A stretch of DNA of 41,215 bases, taken from assembly GCA_002785215.1 (NCBI GenBank), contig PFMK01000045.1, forward strand, positions 1 through 41,215. Reading direction: 5' to 3'. Of the stretch, positions 1 through 8,204 are shown piece by piece. Made by a program: the position numbers and the translations under genes. The notes beneath the pieces are model-generated. The model was not told the origin of the DNA. It ran no database searches and saw nothing but the letters and a program-made list of their open reading frames with translations. This DNA is from Candidatus Gottesmanbacteria bacterium CG_4_10_14_0_8_um_filter_37_24. GTDB taxonomy: Bacteria > Patescibacteriota > Microgenomatia > 2-02-FULL-39-11. How positions within the stretch are numbered: position 1 is the first letter of the stretch; each line of letters opens with the position of its first letter.

Positions 1-92
1 AGGCATAGCTTTACCTCCTAGTAAGACTATGCCTCATTTATATTTAGCTTGTCAAATCAATCACTATGTTGTTAAGGTGCGTAAGTACTGAT

Positions 93-533
93 TTATATAT
101 GAAGTTTTAATAACACTTCACCCGGATTAAGGATTTCGAGACCGACAATTTTGGCGATGACACCGACGATTGCCCAGGCGCCGACCACGATAACAAGTCC
201 CAGTATGGAATAAAGGAGTTTATTTGTTGCTCCCTCCAGCTTTGATTTGTCACCTGCCGCACTGATCCAGGCATAGCCTGCCAGGATAAACTGGATCATG
301 AACCAGAGTCCCGCAATTATTGTCATGAATCCTAAAACTCCGCTTAAGGTGGTGTTAAGCCGATTTGCGACAGCGACATCAGTCGTACCATTTTCACAGA
401 ATAGTTGTGAAAATATTGGAAATCCTTCACCGCAACCGAATCCTTTTTCTGACTCACCATCAGCCCAGACAGAAGTTGTAGTAGAAATTAACAGGATAAG
501 TATAAATATTACATTTAGCAACTTTTTCCTCAT
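93..533 (-). CDS. small membrane/secreted protein, VirB2/TrbC-like (T4SS-pilin-like), paralog 1
   Basis: ORF 93..560. I prefer the internal start MRKKLLNV (ATG at 533..531), which gives a basic n-region plus a hydrophobic signal. The C-terminal half is TM helix - AAGDKSK loop - TM helix, as in the two upstream ORFs. Its start forms an ATGA start/stop overlap with the upstream ORF. Confidence 0.5.
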   Translation of the reverse strand: MRKKLLNVIFILILLISTTTSVWADGESEKGFGCGEGFPIFSQLFCENGTTDVAVANRLNTTLSGVLGFMTIIAGLWFMIQFILAGYAWISAAGDKSKLEGATNKLLYSILGLVIVVGAWAIVGVIAKIVGLEILNPGEVLLKLHI

Positions 534-892
534 AATGTTGGTTGAAGCAGATAATTCCATTTTCCAAAAAGCAAAATGCCGATGACGGCAGCCAAGAGGA
601 AAGATACGACCATTATAAAAAGCCCTACCAGAGTCTGCCAGATTTTATTCCAGGCTTTGGAAATATTTTTCGGATCCCCTCCGCCACCCATAAAATCAAA
701 TCCGGCCAGGATAAAATTTATCAGCGAGAAAAGTCCGCCCGCCACAAACACAAGCTTAAGGAGCGAATTGGCGAAAGCTACTACCCCGGTCAGTTTTCCC
801 GTTGCGTCTATGGCGGGAGTGATAAAGGGTGCAGGTGAGATACATCCGATCCCATCAATACAAGCAGCAAGTAATGTTCCAGATAATATCAT
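530..892 (-). CDS. small membrane protein, VirB2/TrbC-like, paralog 2
   Basis: 120-aa ORF. C-terminal layout is TM helix (GGLFSLINFILAGF) - GGGGDPKN loop - TM helix (LVGLFIMVVSFLLAAVIGILLF). The three paralogs are co-directional and separated by no more than 4 nt. Confidence 0.5.
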   Translation of the reverse strand: MILSGTLLAACIDGIGCISPAPFITPAIDATGKLTGVVAFANSLLKLVFVAGGLFSLINFILAGFDFMGGGGDPKNISKAWNKIWQTLVGLFIMVVSFLLAAVIGILLFGKWNYLLQPTL

Positions 893-895
893 ATT

Positions 896-1207
896 TTAAC
901 TCCCGAACAGTCCTCCCAGAGATCCTTTGGTAATAAAATTTATTATTTGTAAAATCCAATACGCCCCGAATATGATGATAAGACCTATTACCGCATATGT
1001 CAAAAAGCTTTTTGCCTTTTCCTTTGTCTGCGGATCATCATTTCCGGCACCGGCAATCATGCCAAATCCGGCGATTACTACCAGTATAAAGAAGATGATT
1101 CCGGCGATAAGTATCGCCTTGGGAACGATAAATGATATCAGTTGCGCCAGGTTGTCGAAGTTATCTGACCATTTCCAGACATCTTTTATGGAAACACCAA
1201 GGATCAT
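896..1207 (-). CDS. small membrane protein, VirB2/TrbC-like, paralog 3
   Basis: 103-aa ORF with TM helix (IAGIIFFILVVIAGFGMI) - AGAGNDDPQTKEK loop - TM helix (AVIGLIIIFGAYWILQII). It is first in the three-gene minus-strand cluster. Confidence 0.5.
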   Translation of the reverse strand: MILGVSIKDVWKWSDNFDNLAQLISFIVPKAILIAGIIFFILVVIAGFGMIAGAGNDDPQTKEKAKSFLTYAVIGLIIIFGAYWILQIINFITKGSLGGLFGS

Positions 1208-1236
1208 GCTTTAAGTCTAGGCAATTTCCTGCTGTT

Positions 1237-1265
1237 TTGTCAAATGGGACTTATTTATATATAAT
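1237..1265 (+). promoter_or_regulatory. candidate sigma70-type promoter (TTGTCA-17 nt-TATAAT)
   Basis: Hexamers read directly at 1237..1242 and 1260..1265 with a 17-nt spacer, about 85 nt upstream of the sigma-factor ATG. The AT-rich background makes chance matches likely. Confidence 0.3.
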
Positions 1266-1350
1266 ATAAAGGTTTCAGAGATTAGTATTTGCGGTTTGAT
1301 CCGTTATTTGGGATATAAATGATTCACCGGTAAATCCCGACAGAATTAAT

Positions 1351-1905
1351 ATGCGCGAAGACAGACAGGACGAGAAAAAAATCATAAAAGGGATATTAGG
1401 TAAAGACGATATCTGCTTAAGGCAGTTTTACCGTAAATACTATCCTTCTTTGATGACTTATATCAATAATAAAATAGATAATCAAAACGATGTTGAGGAA
1501 ATTCTGCAGGATACACTACTGGCTACAATTGAAGCTTTGAGAGATTTTGCCCATAAATGTTCACTTTTTACCTTTATCTGCAGTATAGCCAATCACAAAG
1601 TGATAGATCATTATCGCAAGAAAAAAATAAAAAGCATATTATTTTCAAAAATTCCAGAGATAGAACCGCTTCTGTCGACTCTTTTGAACCCTGATAGCAT
1701 TCTGGATGACGAACTTCTCAAACAAAAAATCAAAGAAACTTTCGATAAATTGGCACCAAAACATAGGACGATATTGAAATTAAAATACATCTATGGTTAT
1801 ACAGTTGCAGAAATTGCCGGTGAGCTGTCAACGACTTTCAAAAGTGTAGAAAGCCAGCTTTTCAGAGCCAGAAAGGCTTTTACCATAATTTATTTATATG
1901 AGTAA
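1351..1905 (+). CDS. RNA polymerase sigma factor, ECF (sigma-70 group 4) family
   Basis: 184 aa. Region 2-like segment: EEILQDTLLATIEALRDF...HKVIDHYRKKK. Region 4 HTH: HRTILKLKYIYGYTVAEIAGELSTTFKSVESQLFRARKAF. Confidence 0.8.
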   Translation: MREDRQDEKKIIKGILGKDDICLRQFYRKYYPSLMTYINNKIDNQNDVEEILQDTLLATIEALRDFAHKCSLFTFICSIANHKVIDHYRKKKIKSILFSKIPEIEPLLSTLLNPDSILDDELLKQKIKETFDKLAPKHRTILKLKYIYGYTVAEIAGELSTTFKSVESQLFRARKAFTIIYLYE

Positions 1906-2131
1906 AGGAGAAGTTTATAAACTTTTGGTATCGAAAATGAATGAGGTAGCAGTGGTTCCACCTCAGGAAATTGGTTTTTTCACTCCCATATATAAGAAAA
2001 TCGTACCTCAGTTAAAATTTTACCCTTGGAAAGTAACCTTAATTATTTCCTCCCTCATTGCTTTTTTGTTATATATGATTTTTGGTGCCACGTTGGTGAA
2101 GTTGGCTTCACTTCTCCAATACGGATTTTGA
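1898..2131 (+). CDS. small single-TM protein, putative anti-sigma factor
   Basis: 77 aa. It overlaps the sigma gene by 8 nt and has one C-terminal TM helix (LIISSLIAFLLYMIFGATLV). The assignment rests on position only. Confidence 0.35.
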   Translation: MSKGEVYKLLVSKMNEVAVVPPQEIGFFTPIYKKIVPQLKFYPWKVTLIISSLIAFLLYMIFGATLVKLASLLQYGF

Positions 2132-2173
2132 CATCAAAAATATCTTTTATACACTCAAAATACTAATTTTCAT

Positions 2174-2815
2174 ATGAGAGATTTCATGATATTCCATAGT
2201 CTTAGGTTGTGGCGGCTTCTGATGTCTTTTGTAAAAAATACCTATGGTTGCATAAATAAACCTTATATTACCTGTCGGAAATTAGCAGACGATAAGGCTG
2301 ATATCCGGCAGACGGTCTTTATATTTCTTCTGGTGTTGGGTTATTTTATTCTTGCCAGTCTGCTTAGAACCGGCATAAGGAATCCTTACCTTCTGACGCT
2401 TAAATTCAGCAGTTTGTTTTGGACGGCAGTTATAGGATTTGCATTTATGGTTGTTGTTCTTTATGTTTTGGGCAAAATCGTAGGGAGCAAAAGCTCTTAT
2501 AAATCCCTTGTTATCCTTTGGGCATATTCTTTGCTGCCTACGCTTACCTGGTTTGCCGTTACCTCCATCTTCTATATTATTTTCCCCCCGCCCCGAACCG
2601 CCAGTTTTTTAGGGAAGCTATATACATTAATATATATAGCTTTTTCTATCTCGATTTTGACCTGGAAACTGATTCTGTATTATCTTACTTTACGGTTTGG
2701 TTTGAAACTGGATTTGATAAAGATTACGGCCGTATCCCTGATAGTTTTGCCGCTTATAATTTTCTATGCTGTAATTACATATAAAATAGGTATTTTCCGG
2801 ATACCTTTTATCTGA
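2174..2815 (+). CDS. polytopic membrane protein (unknown function; possibly Yip1-like)
   Basis: 213-aa ORF with about 5 hydrophobic helices. The start is uncertain because there are several N-terminal Met codons. Confidence 0.5.
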   Translation: MRDFMIFHSLRLWRLLMSFVKNTYGCINKPYITCRKLADDKADIRQTVFIFLLVLGYFILASLLRTGIRNPYLLTLKFSSLFWTAVIGFAFMVVVLYVLGKIVGSKSSYKSLVILWAYSLLPTLTWFAVTSIFYIIFPPPRTASFLGKLYTLIYIAFSISILTWKLILYYLTLRFGLKLDLIKITAVSLIVLPLIIFYAVITYKIGIFRIPFI

Positions 2816-2826
2816 AAGGAGAGAAA

Positions 2827-3978
2827 ATGAGCTTAAGAAATATAAAAAATATTACAGACAGGCGCAATTTCATAAAAAAAGAAAAAAGGATTGTTTTTAA
2901 AGCAATTACTTGCTATCCGAAAGAGATGGAACAGGCACAAACCAAAAATTGTGAGAATATGATAGGTGCAATTCAGGTGCCCGTAGGAGTGGCCGGTCCT
3001 TTATTGATAAAAGGAAACAGTGCAAAAGGAAAATATTTTATTCCTCTGTCAACTACGGAAGGAGCCTTGGTTGCTTCTGTAAACCGTGGGTGCAAGGCAA
3101 TTACCAACTCCGGTGGCGTTGTGGTGAAAAATGAGTATGTAGGTATGACGAGAGGGAGTGTCTTTGCAGTTTCAGATCTGTCACAAGGTTTCGAATTCAA
3201 AAAGTGGTTAGAAAGTTACCCGGCAGATTTTTCCGAAATTTGTCAGACTACTTCACGTCATCTGAAAATATTGAAAATAGACAGTAAGGTCGTGGGGAGA
3301 AATGTTTTTGTCAGATTTTACTTTGATACCCTGGACGCGATGGGCATGAATATGGTTACACTGGCCGTGCAAAAAATTATTGGTTTTATTGAAAAACATA
3401 CTGATACCAAATGCATCTCCATAGCCGGGAATTATGACGTGGATAAGAAGCCTTCCTGGCAGAATTTTATTTTAGGAAGAGGCAGGCAAGTATGGGCTGA
3501 AGCCGTAATTTCTGATAAGGAGATGAAAGATACATTAAAAACCACTCCTGATAAAATCCACAAGGTGTGTCTTAATAAATGCATGCTGGGATCGATACTT
3601 AGCGGTTCCATGGGTTTTAATGCCCATTTTGCCAATATCATAGCCGCCGTTTTTCTTGCCTGTGGACAGGATATGGCGCATGTAGTTGAAGGAAGTTTAG
3701 GTATTACCTCGACTGAAATTATTGATAAGAAGCTATATATATCTATTTACCTTCCTGATTTACCGGTTGGTACTGTGGGTGGAGGGACTTATTTGCCTTC
3801 CCAAAAAGAGATGCTTCAGCTTCTGGGAATATTCGGAGGAAAGGGTGGGGAAAATGCAACCGCTTTTGCTGAGATTATTGGTGCATGCGTACTGGCAGGT
3901 GAGTTATCGCTTCTTTCCTCACTGGCGGAAGGAAGTCTTGCAAGGGCTCATATGAGTTTAGCTAGAGGAGGCAGTTGA
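2827..3978 (+). CDS. hmgA: HMG-CoA reductase, class I (short, catalytic domain only)
   Basis: 383 aa with motifs TTEGALVAS, DAMGMNMV and GTVGGGT. AGGAG lies upstream of the ATG. Confidence 0.85.
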   Translation: MSLRNIKNITDRRNFIKKEKRIVFKAITCYPKEMEQAQTKNCENMIGAIQVPVGVAGPLLIKGNSAKGKYFIPLSTTEGALVASVNRGCKAITNSGGVVVKNEYVGMTRGSVFAVSDLSQGFEFKKWLESYPADFSEICQTTSRHLKILKIDSKVVGRNVFVRFYFDTLDAMGMNMVTLAVQKIIGFIEKHTDTKCISIAGNYDVDKKPSWQNFILGRGRQVWAEAVISDKEMKDTLKTTPDKIHKVCLNKCMLGSILSGSMGFNAHFANIIAAVFLACGQDMAHVVEGSLGITSTEIIDKKLYISIYLPDLPVGTVGGGTYLPSQKEMLQLLGIFGGKGGENATAFAEIIGACVLAGELSLLSSLAEGSLARAHMSLARGGS

Positions 3979-3985
3979 AAAGCTT

Positions 3986-5026
3986 ATGCAGGCAGGCATT
4001 TTAGGTTATGGAATATATATTCCCAAATATCGGATAAATATTTCCGATATTGCTCTTGCATGGAATAAAAACTCCCAAGATTTAGCCAGCTCGTTGAGAA
4101 TAAAAGAAAAATCAGTTGCTTCTGCCGATGAGGATACAGTCACCCTGGCTTATGAGGCGTCTTCACTTGCTTTGAAACATGCGGGAATGAAACCTTCTTT
4201 GATAGAATCATGTTTGATTGGTTCGGAAAGCCATCCTTATGCCGTAAATCCTACTTCAACTATTGTGGCGGAATTTTTAGATGTTGGCAGGAATTATGTT
4301 GCTGTTGATTTAGAATTTGCTTGTAAGGCAGCCACAACAGGTCTTATTTTGACTCTTGGACTAATAGAATCAGGAAGAATTAAAAATGGTTTGGTGGTTG
4401 GAGCTGACGTGGCACAGGCAAAACCTCATGATATTTTAGAGTATACAGCTGCTTCAGCTTCCGCAGCATATATATTGGGAAGTGATGAAAAAGAAGTAAT
4501 CGCCAAGATATTGGCAACATCCTCGTTTACTTCCGATACACCGGATTTTTGGCGGCGGGACGGGGTTAAATTTCCTACTCATGGAGGCAGATTTACCGGT
4601 GAACCATCATACTTTACCCATGTGGAGGGTGCCGCCAGAATGCTATTTCAAAAAACAAAATTATCTCCTGATGATTTCGATTACTGTGTTTTTCACATGC
4701 CTAATGGTAAGTTCCCTCGTGAGGTAGCCAAAAGGCTTGGTTTTACAGATAAGCAGCAGCAGCATTCTTTGGTGGTTGACCACATAGGGAATCCTTATTC
4801 CGCGTCGTCTTTAATCGGTCTTGCCGCTACTCTTGATACAGCCAGACCCGGAGAGCGGATTTTTATGGTTTCTTATGGATCCGGAGCAGGTTCAGACGGA
4901 TTTGTCATACAAGTTGAAAAAGCGATTCTTAAAAAAAGAGATAGGCAGACATTTTTCAAAGATTATCTAAAAAATACTAAATATATAACCTATACCGACT
5001 ATTTGAAATCTGGAGGGAAAATTTAA
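3986..5026 (+). CDS. HMG-CoA synthase, archaeal-type (about 350 aa)
   Basis: 346 aa with a thiolase-like condensing-enzyme fold (EFACKAAT active-site Cys context, FHMPNGKF, SYGSGAGSD). It directly precedes the thiolase and DUF35 genes, as in the archaeal three-protein complex. Confidence 0.8.
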   Translation: MQAGILGYGIYIPKYRINISDIALAWNKNSQDLASSLRIKEKSVASADEDTVTLAYEASSLALKHAGMKPSLIESCLIGSESHPYAVNPTSTIVAEFLDVGRNYVAVDLEFACKAATTGLILTLGLIESGRIKNGLVVGADVAQAKPHDILEYTAASASAAYILGSDEKEVIAKILATSSFTSDTPDFWRRDGVKFPTHGGRFTGEPSYFTHVEGAARMLFQKTKLSPDDFDYCVFHMPNGKFPREVAKRLGFTDKQQQHSLVVDHIGNPYSASSLIGLAATLDTARPGERIFMVSYGSGAGSDGFVIQVEKAILKKRDRQTFFKDYLKNTKYITYTDYLKSGGKI

Positions 5027-5029
5027 CCT

Positions 5030-6187
5030 ATGCAAATTACAGTTCTGGCAGGATTAAATAGTAAATTTGGGGAACTCTGGGATATTTCGCCCCGGGATCT
5101 TGTGAAAGAAGTTTTTCATGGTACGCTTAAAAATTCCAATATGAATAAAAATGACATAGACGTGGTCTTTGTAGGTAATATGCTGGCAGGTACCCTTGGA
5201 GGTCAAAATCACCTGGGCGCATTTTTTGCTGAAGAGCTAGGATTAGAGAGACCGGCAATCAGAGTAGAAGGTGCATGTTGTTCCGGTGGACTGGCAGTCC
5301 ACTCAGCAGTTTTAGGGATATCTTCCGGTATATATCAAACCGCTTTAGTAATCGGAGTAGAAAAAATGACGGATCATAAACCGGAAAAAGTAGCAGAAGC
5401 TCTTATGGGGGCAGGGTCGGACTTAGAAAGGGATGCAGGGGCCAGTTTTCCGGCACTATATGCTTTAATTGCCAGAGCACACATGGAAAAATATGGGACT
5501 TCAGAGGAAGAGATGGCTGCCGTAGCTGTTAAGAACCATTATCATGCTTCATTAAATTCTCATGCTCAGTTTAGAAATCCTATTTCCATCGAAAAAGTAT
5601 TAAAAAGCCCAATGATAGCTTCTCCTTTAAAGCTTCTTGACTGTTCACCAATTTCCGACGGAGCGTCTGCACTGATATTGAGTTCAAAAAGTAAAGCCTT
5701 AAGTCTTAAAAAAGATGATCCCGGTGTAAATATTGTTTCTTCAGTTGTTGCCACTGATACATTAGGCCTTTCAGAAAGAAAAGATCTTACCACTTTAAAC
5801 GCAGTTGTAACTGCTTCATGTAAAGCATACAAGATGGCAAATATTGATCCCGGGGATATAGATGTGGCGGAAGTGCATGATTGTTTTACCATAGCGGAGA
5901 TAATTGCCATGGAAGATTTAGGATTTTTTCCAAGAGGTCAAGCCGGAAAAGCAATTCTTGAAGGTAAAACCAGACTGGGTGGTCGGCCCGTTGTCAACAC
6001 TTCAGGCGGACTTAAGGCAGCCGGACATCCTGTGGGGGCTACAGGTGTGAAGCAAATAGTAGAGATATATCAGCAACTTATGGGAGTATCCGGAAAAAAA
6101 CAAGTAAAAAATGCAAAAATTGGTTTAACTCACAATGTTGGCGGTAGCGGTGCCACAGCAGTTATTCACATTTTAAAACGCGGATAA
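5030..6187 (+). CDS. acetyl-CoA acetyltransferase (thiolase), archaeal-type
   Basis: 385 aa with VEGACCSGG (nucleophilic Cys), EVHDCF and NVGGSGAT motifs. A GGAGGG SD lies upstream. Confidence 0.8.
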   Translation: MQITVLAGLNSKFGELWDISPRDLVKEVFHGTLKNSNMNKNDIDVVFVGNMLAGTLGGQNHLGAFFAEELGLERPAIRVEGACCSGGLAVHSAVLGISSGIYQTALVIGVEKMTDHKPEKVAEALMGAGSDLERDAGASFPALYALIARAHMEKYGTSEEEMAAVAVKNHYHASLNSHAQFRNPISIEKVLKSPMIASPLKLLDCSPISDGASALILSSKSKALSLKKDDPGVNIVSSVVATDTLGLSERKDLTTLNAVVTASCKAYKMANIDPGDIDVAEVHDCFTIAEIIAMEDLGFFPRGQAGKAILEGKTRLGGRPVVNTSGGLKAAGHPVGATGVKQIVEIYQQLMGVSGKKQVKNAKIGLTHNVGGSGATAVIHILKRG

Positions 6188-6195
6188 TATATTCT

Positions 6196-6498
6196 ATGAC
6201 TATATCACCTGTCAAAATCTGGCGGAATCAAAAGAAAGTACGCGCGTTTTTAGGTAAAACCGGTCGAATCATTACCTGGACAAAAGTGCATGTTCCGCCT
6301 TGCAGTTTCACTTCTCAAGCGCCTTATGTGATCATAGTAGTAGAGATTGATAAAAACCTTAGATTTACCGCGCAATTAGTTGACTGGGAAGAGACAAACC
6401 TGAAAACCGGACAAACAGTTAAAGCAATATTAAGAAAAACCAGGGATCCTGGTCTGGAAGGTGTTATTCCTTACGGAATTAAATTTAAGCCGATATAA
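6196..6498 (+). CDS. DUF35-type OB-fold protein (scaffold of the thiolase/HMGCS complex), no zinc ribbon
   Basis: 100 aa with a beta-rich OB-like sequence (GRIITWTKVHV...YVIIVVEIDKNLRFTAQLVD...GQTVKAIL). Position matches the archaeal trio. No CxxC pairs are present. Confidence 0.6.
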   Translation: MTISPVKIWRNQKKVRAFLGKTGRIITWTKVHVPPCSFTSQAPYVIIVVEIDKNLRFTAQLVDWEETNLKTGQTVKAILRKTRDPGLEGVIPYGIKFKPI

Positions 6499-6502
6499 TA
6501 GC

Positions 6503-7450
6503 ATGAAAGTTACAGTTTCCGCCCCAGGTAAAATTCACCTTCTCGGAGAACATGTAGTAGTATACGGTTACCCGGCGCTTCTTTCCTCCATAGATAAACG
6601 GTTATATGTTACTGTTGAAACTTCCTTGAAAGGTAGGTTAGGACATATCAGCATCATTTCACCGGAAGACAACAAATTAGTTCATTCTGCAGTTGAAATT
6701 TACAAAAAAAAATATCCTGCAGTTGATTTTCCTTCCCTCAAGATAAATATTTCTTCTCAAATTCCCGTCGGAGCAGGACTAGGATCTTCAGCAGCATTAT
6801 CTGCAGCAATTATCGGCGCCCTGATGAAAGCAGTAAATAACATTTGGAACCCCGTGCGGATAAACGAATTATCTTACGAGGTGGAAAAATTGGCACACGG
6901 TAATCCGTCAGGAGCAGATAATACAACCGTTGTTTTCGGGGAGTTGGTTTGGTATCGTAGAGAATTTGATTTTTTGAAATCTATTTGGACTCTACCTGTC
7001 TTATCGTATAAAATTCCCAAATTTGCAATTTTGAATTCCGGCCGTCCGGCAGAATCCACAAAAGAGATGGTGAACTTGGTGAAAGGAAATTATACGAAAA
7101 AAAGAAGACTTTTTGAGAATATTTTTTCCGATCAGGAAAAACAGGTAAAAAAAATATTATTGGGTATGAAAGAAGGAAATATTAACTTCCTAAAACAGGC
7201 AATAGAAAAAGGGGAACGCAATCTGGAAAAAATAGGAGTAGTAGGGGAAAGAGCAATTAAGATCATTAAATATATACATAAATTGGGGGGCGTGGCAAAA
7301 ATATGTGGTGCCGGCGGGGTGAAGGAAGGAAGTGGAATCATCCTTTGTTACCATGAAAATTTGTCAAAACTTAAGTTGGTAGAAGATGTATATAACGTGC
7401 ACTTGTCAAATATCAGTCTAGCTTCAGAAGGAATAAGAATCGAACATTAG
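6503..7450 (+). CDS. mvk: mevalonate kinase (GHMP kinase)
   Basis: I prefer the start MKVTVSAPGKIHLLGEHVVVYG (ATG 6503) over the longer ORF start at 6461. GHMP motif PVGAGLGSSAALSAA and C-terminal KICGAGG are present. Confidence 0.8.
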   Translation: MKVTVSAPGKIHLLGEHVVVYGYPALLSSIDKRLYVTVETSLKGRLGHISIISPEDNKLVHSAVEIYKKKYPAVDFPSLKINISSQIPVGAGLGSSAALSAAIIGALMKAVNNIWNPVRINELSYEVEKLAHGNPSGADNTTVVFGELVWYRREFDFLKSIWTLPVLSYKIPKFAILNSGRPAESTKEMVNLVKGNYTKKRRLFENIFSDQEKQVKKILLGMKEGNINFLKQAIEKGERNLEKIGVVGERAIKIIKYIHKLGGVAKICGAGGVKEGSGIILCYHENLSKLKLVEDVYNVHLSNISLASEGIRIEH

Positions 7451-7465
7451 AAAAATAAATATCGT

Positions 7466-8203
7466 ATGGAAATCTACTTGATAATATTCAGTTTCATTTT
7501 TTCCGTTGTTTGTTTGTTTTTTATAAAAAAGTTCATTTTTTTTGAAATGACAGCCTTATTATCCATGTTTCTCCATGGTTTATATATTTTCGGTAATAAA
7601 ATAATATTGGTTTTTATTATTACTTACATTGTCAGTACTATTTTCGAGTTGTTAAGTTTAAAGACGTCTTTTAATATTTTCGGGGTAAGATACAAGTATA
7701 ATTTAAACAACAAAATATTTTCCTCAAAGATCAATTTAATGGGGGTATATCCGCTTGAAGTGACATTTGCATGGGTAATTTTTAAATATCTTTCACTATT
7801 CTTAGCAATCACTATCGGAGATTATTTAAGTCTTTCAAAAATTACAGAAATAATATTACTGTCTCTTATTATGGTGTCCATAGATCTGATAATAGATCCG
7901 GTATCCGTAAAAAGAAAAATGTGGAGTTGGCAGACAGGTTCCAGGTATTTCGGAATTCCGCTAAAGAATTTTTTCGGCTGGTTTCTGGTTAGTATTATCG
8001 TGTCATTTATTTCAATTGCTTTGTTAGATTTGAAAATATTGAATAATAACTTGTTAGTGAATACTCTCCCGATTTTTTCCTGTTTGCTTCTGTTTATGAA
8101 TGTGAAACTAATGTATTCACTGAATAAACATTTAGCACTAATAGGATGCGTTCCATTCGTATTGTGGATAATATTAAGCGCTTTAGCAATTTATCATAAC
8201 TGA
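7466..8203 (+). CDS. multi-TM membrane protein embedded in the mevalonate operon (possibly carotenoid-biosynthesis-protein/DUF422-like)
   Basis: 245 aa with about 7 hydrophobic helices. It starts 15 nt after mvk, and only 1 nt separates it from the next GHMP kinase. The DLIIDPVSVKRKMWSW segment recalls the DUF422 family from memory only. Confidence 0.45.
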   Translation: MEIYLIIFSFIFSVVCLFFIKKFIFFEMTALLSMFLHGLYIFGNKIILVFIITYIVSTIFELLSLKTSFNIFGVRYKYNLNNKIFSSKINLMGVYPLEVTFAWVIFKYLSLFLAITIGDYLSLSKITEIILLSLIMVSIDLIIDPVSVKRKMWSWQTGSRYFGIPLKNFFGWFLVSIIVSFISIALLDLKILNNNLLVNTLPIFSCLLLFMNVKLMYSLNKHLALIGCVPFVLWIILSALAIYHN

Positions 8204-8204
8204 T

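Noticed and set aside
1-34. Hairpin AGGCATAG-N18-CTATGCCT at the window edge as a terminator
   Set aside because: The stem is real, but the context is cut off by the window boundary. The 18-nt loop is long, and no clean T-run follows on either strand.
298-1214. Plus-strand ORFs 298..585, 542..838, 576..899 and 927..1214 opposite the pilin-like genes
   Set aside because: They are antisense shadows of the minus-strand membrane-protein genes. Their composition is low-complexity and Pro/Ser-rich, they have no start context, and they overlap each other.
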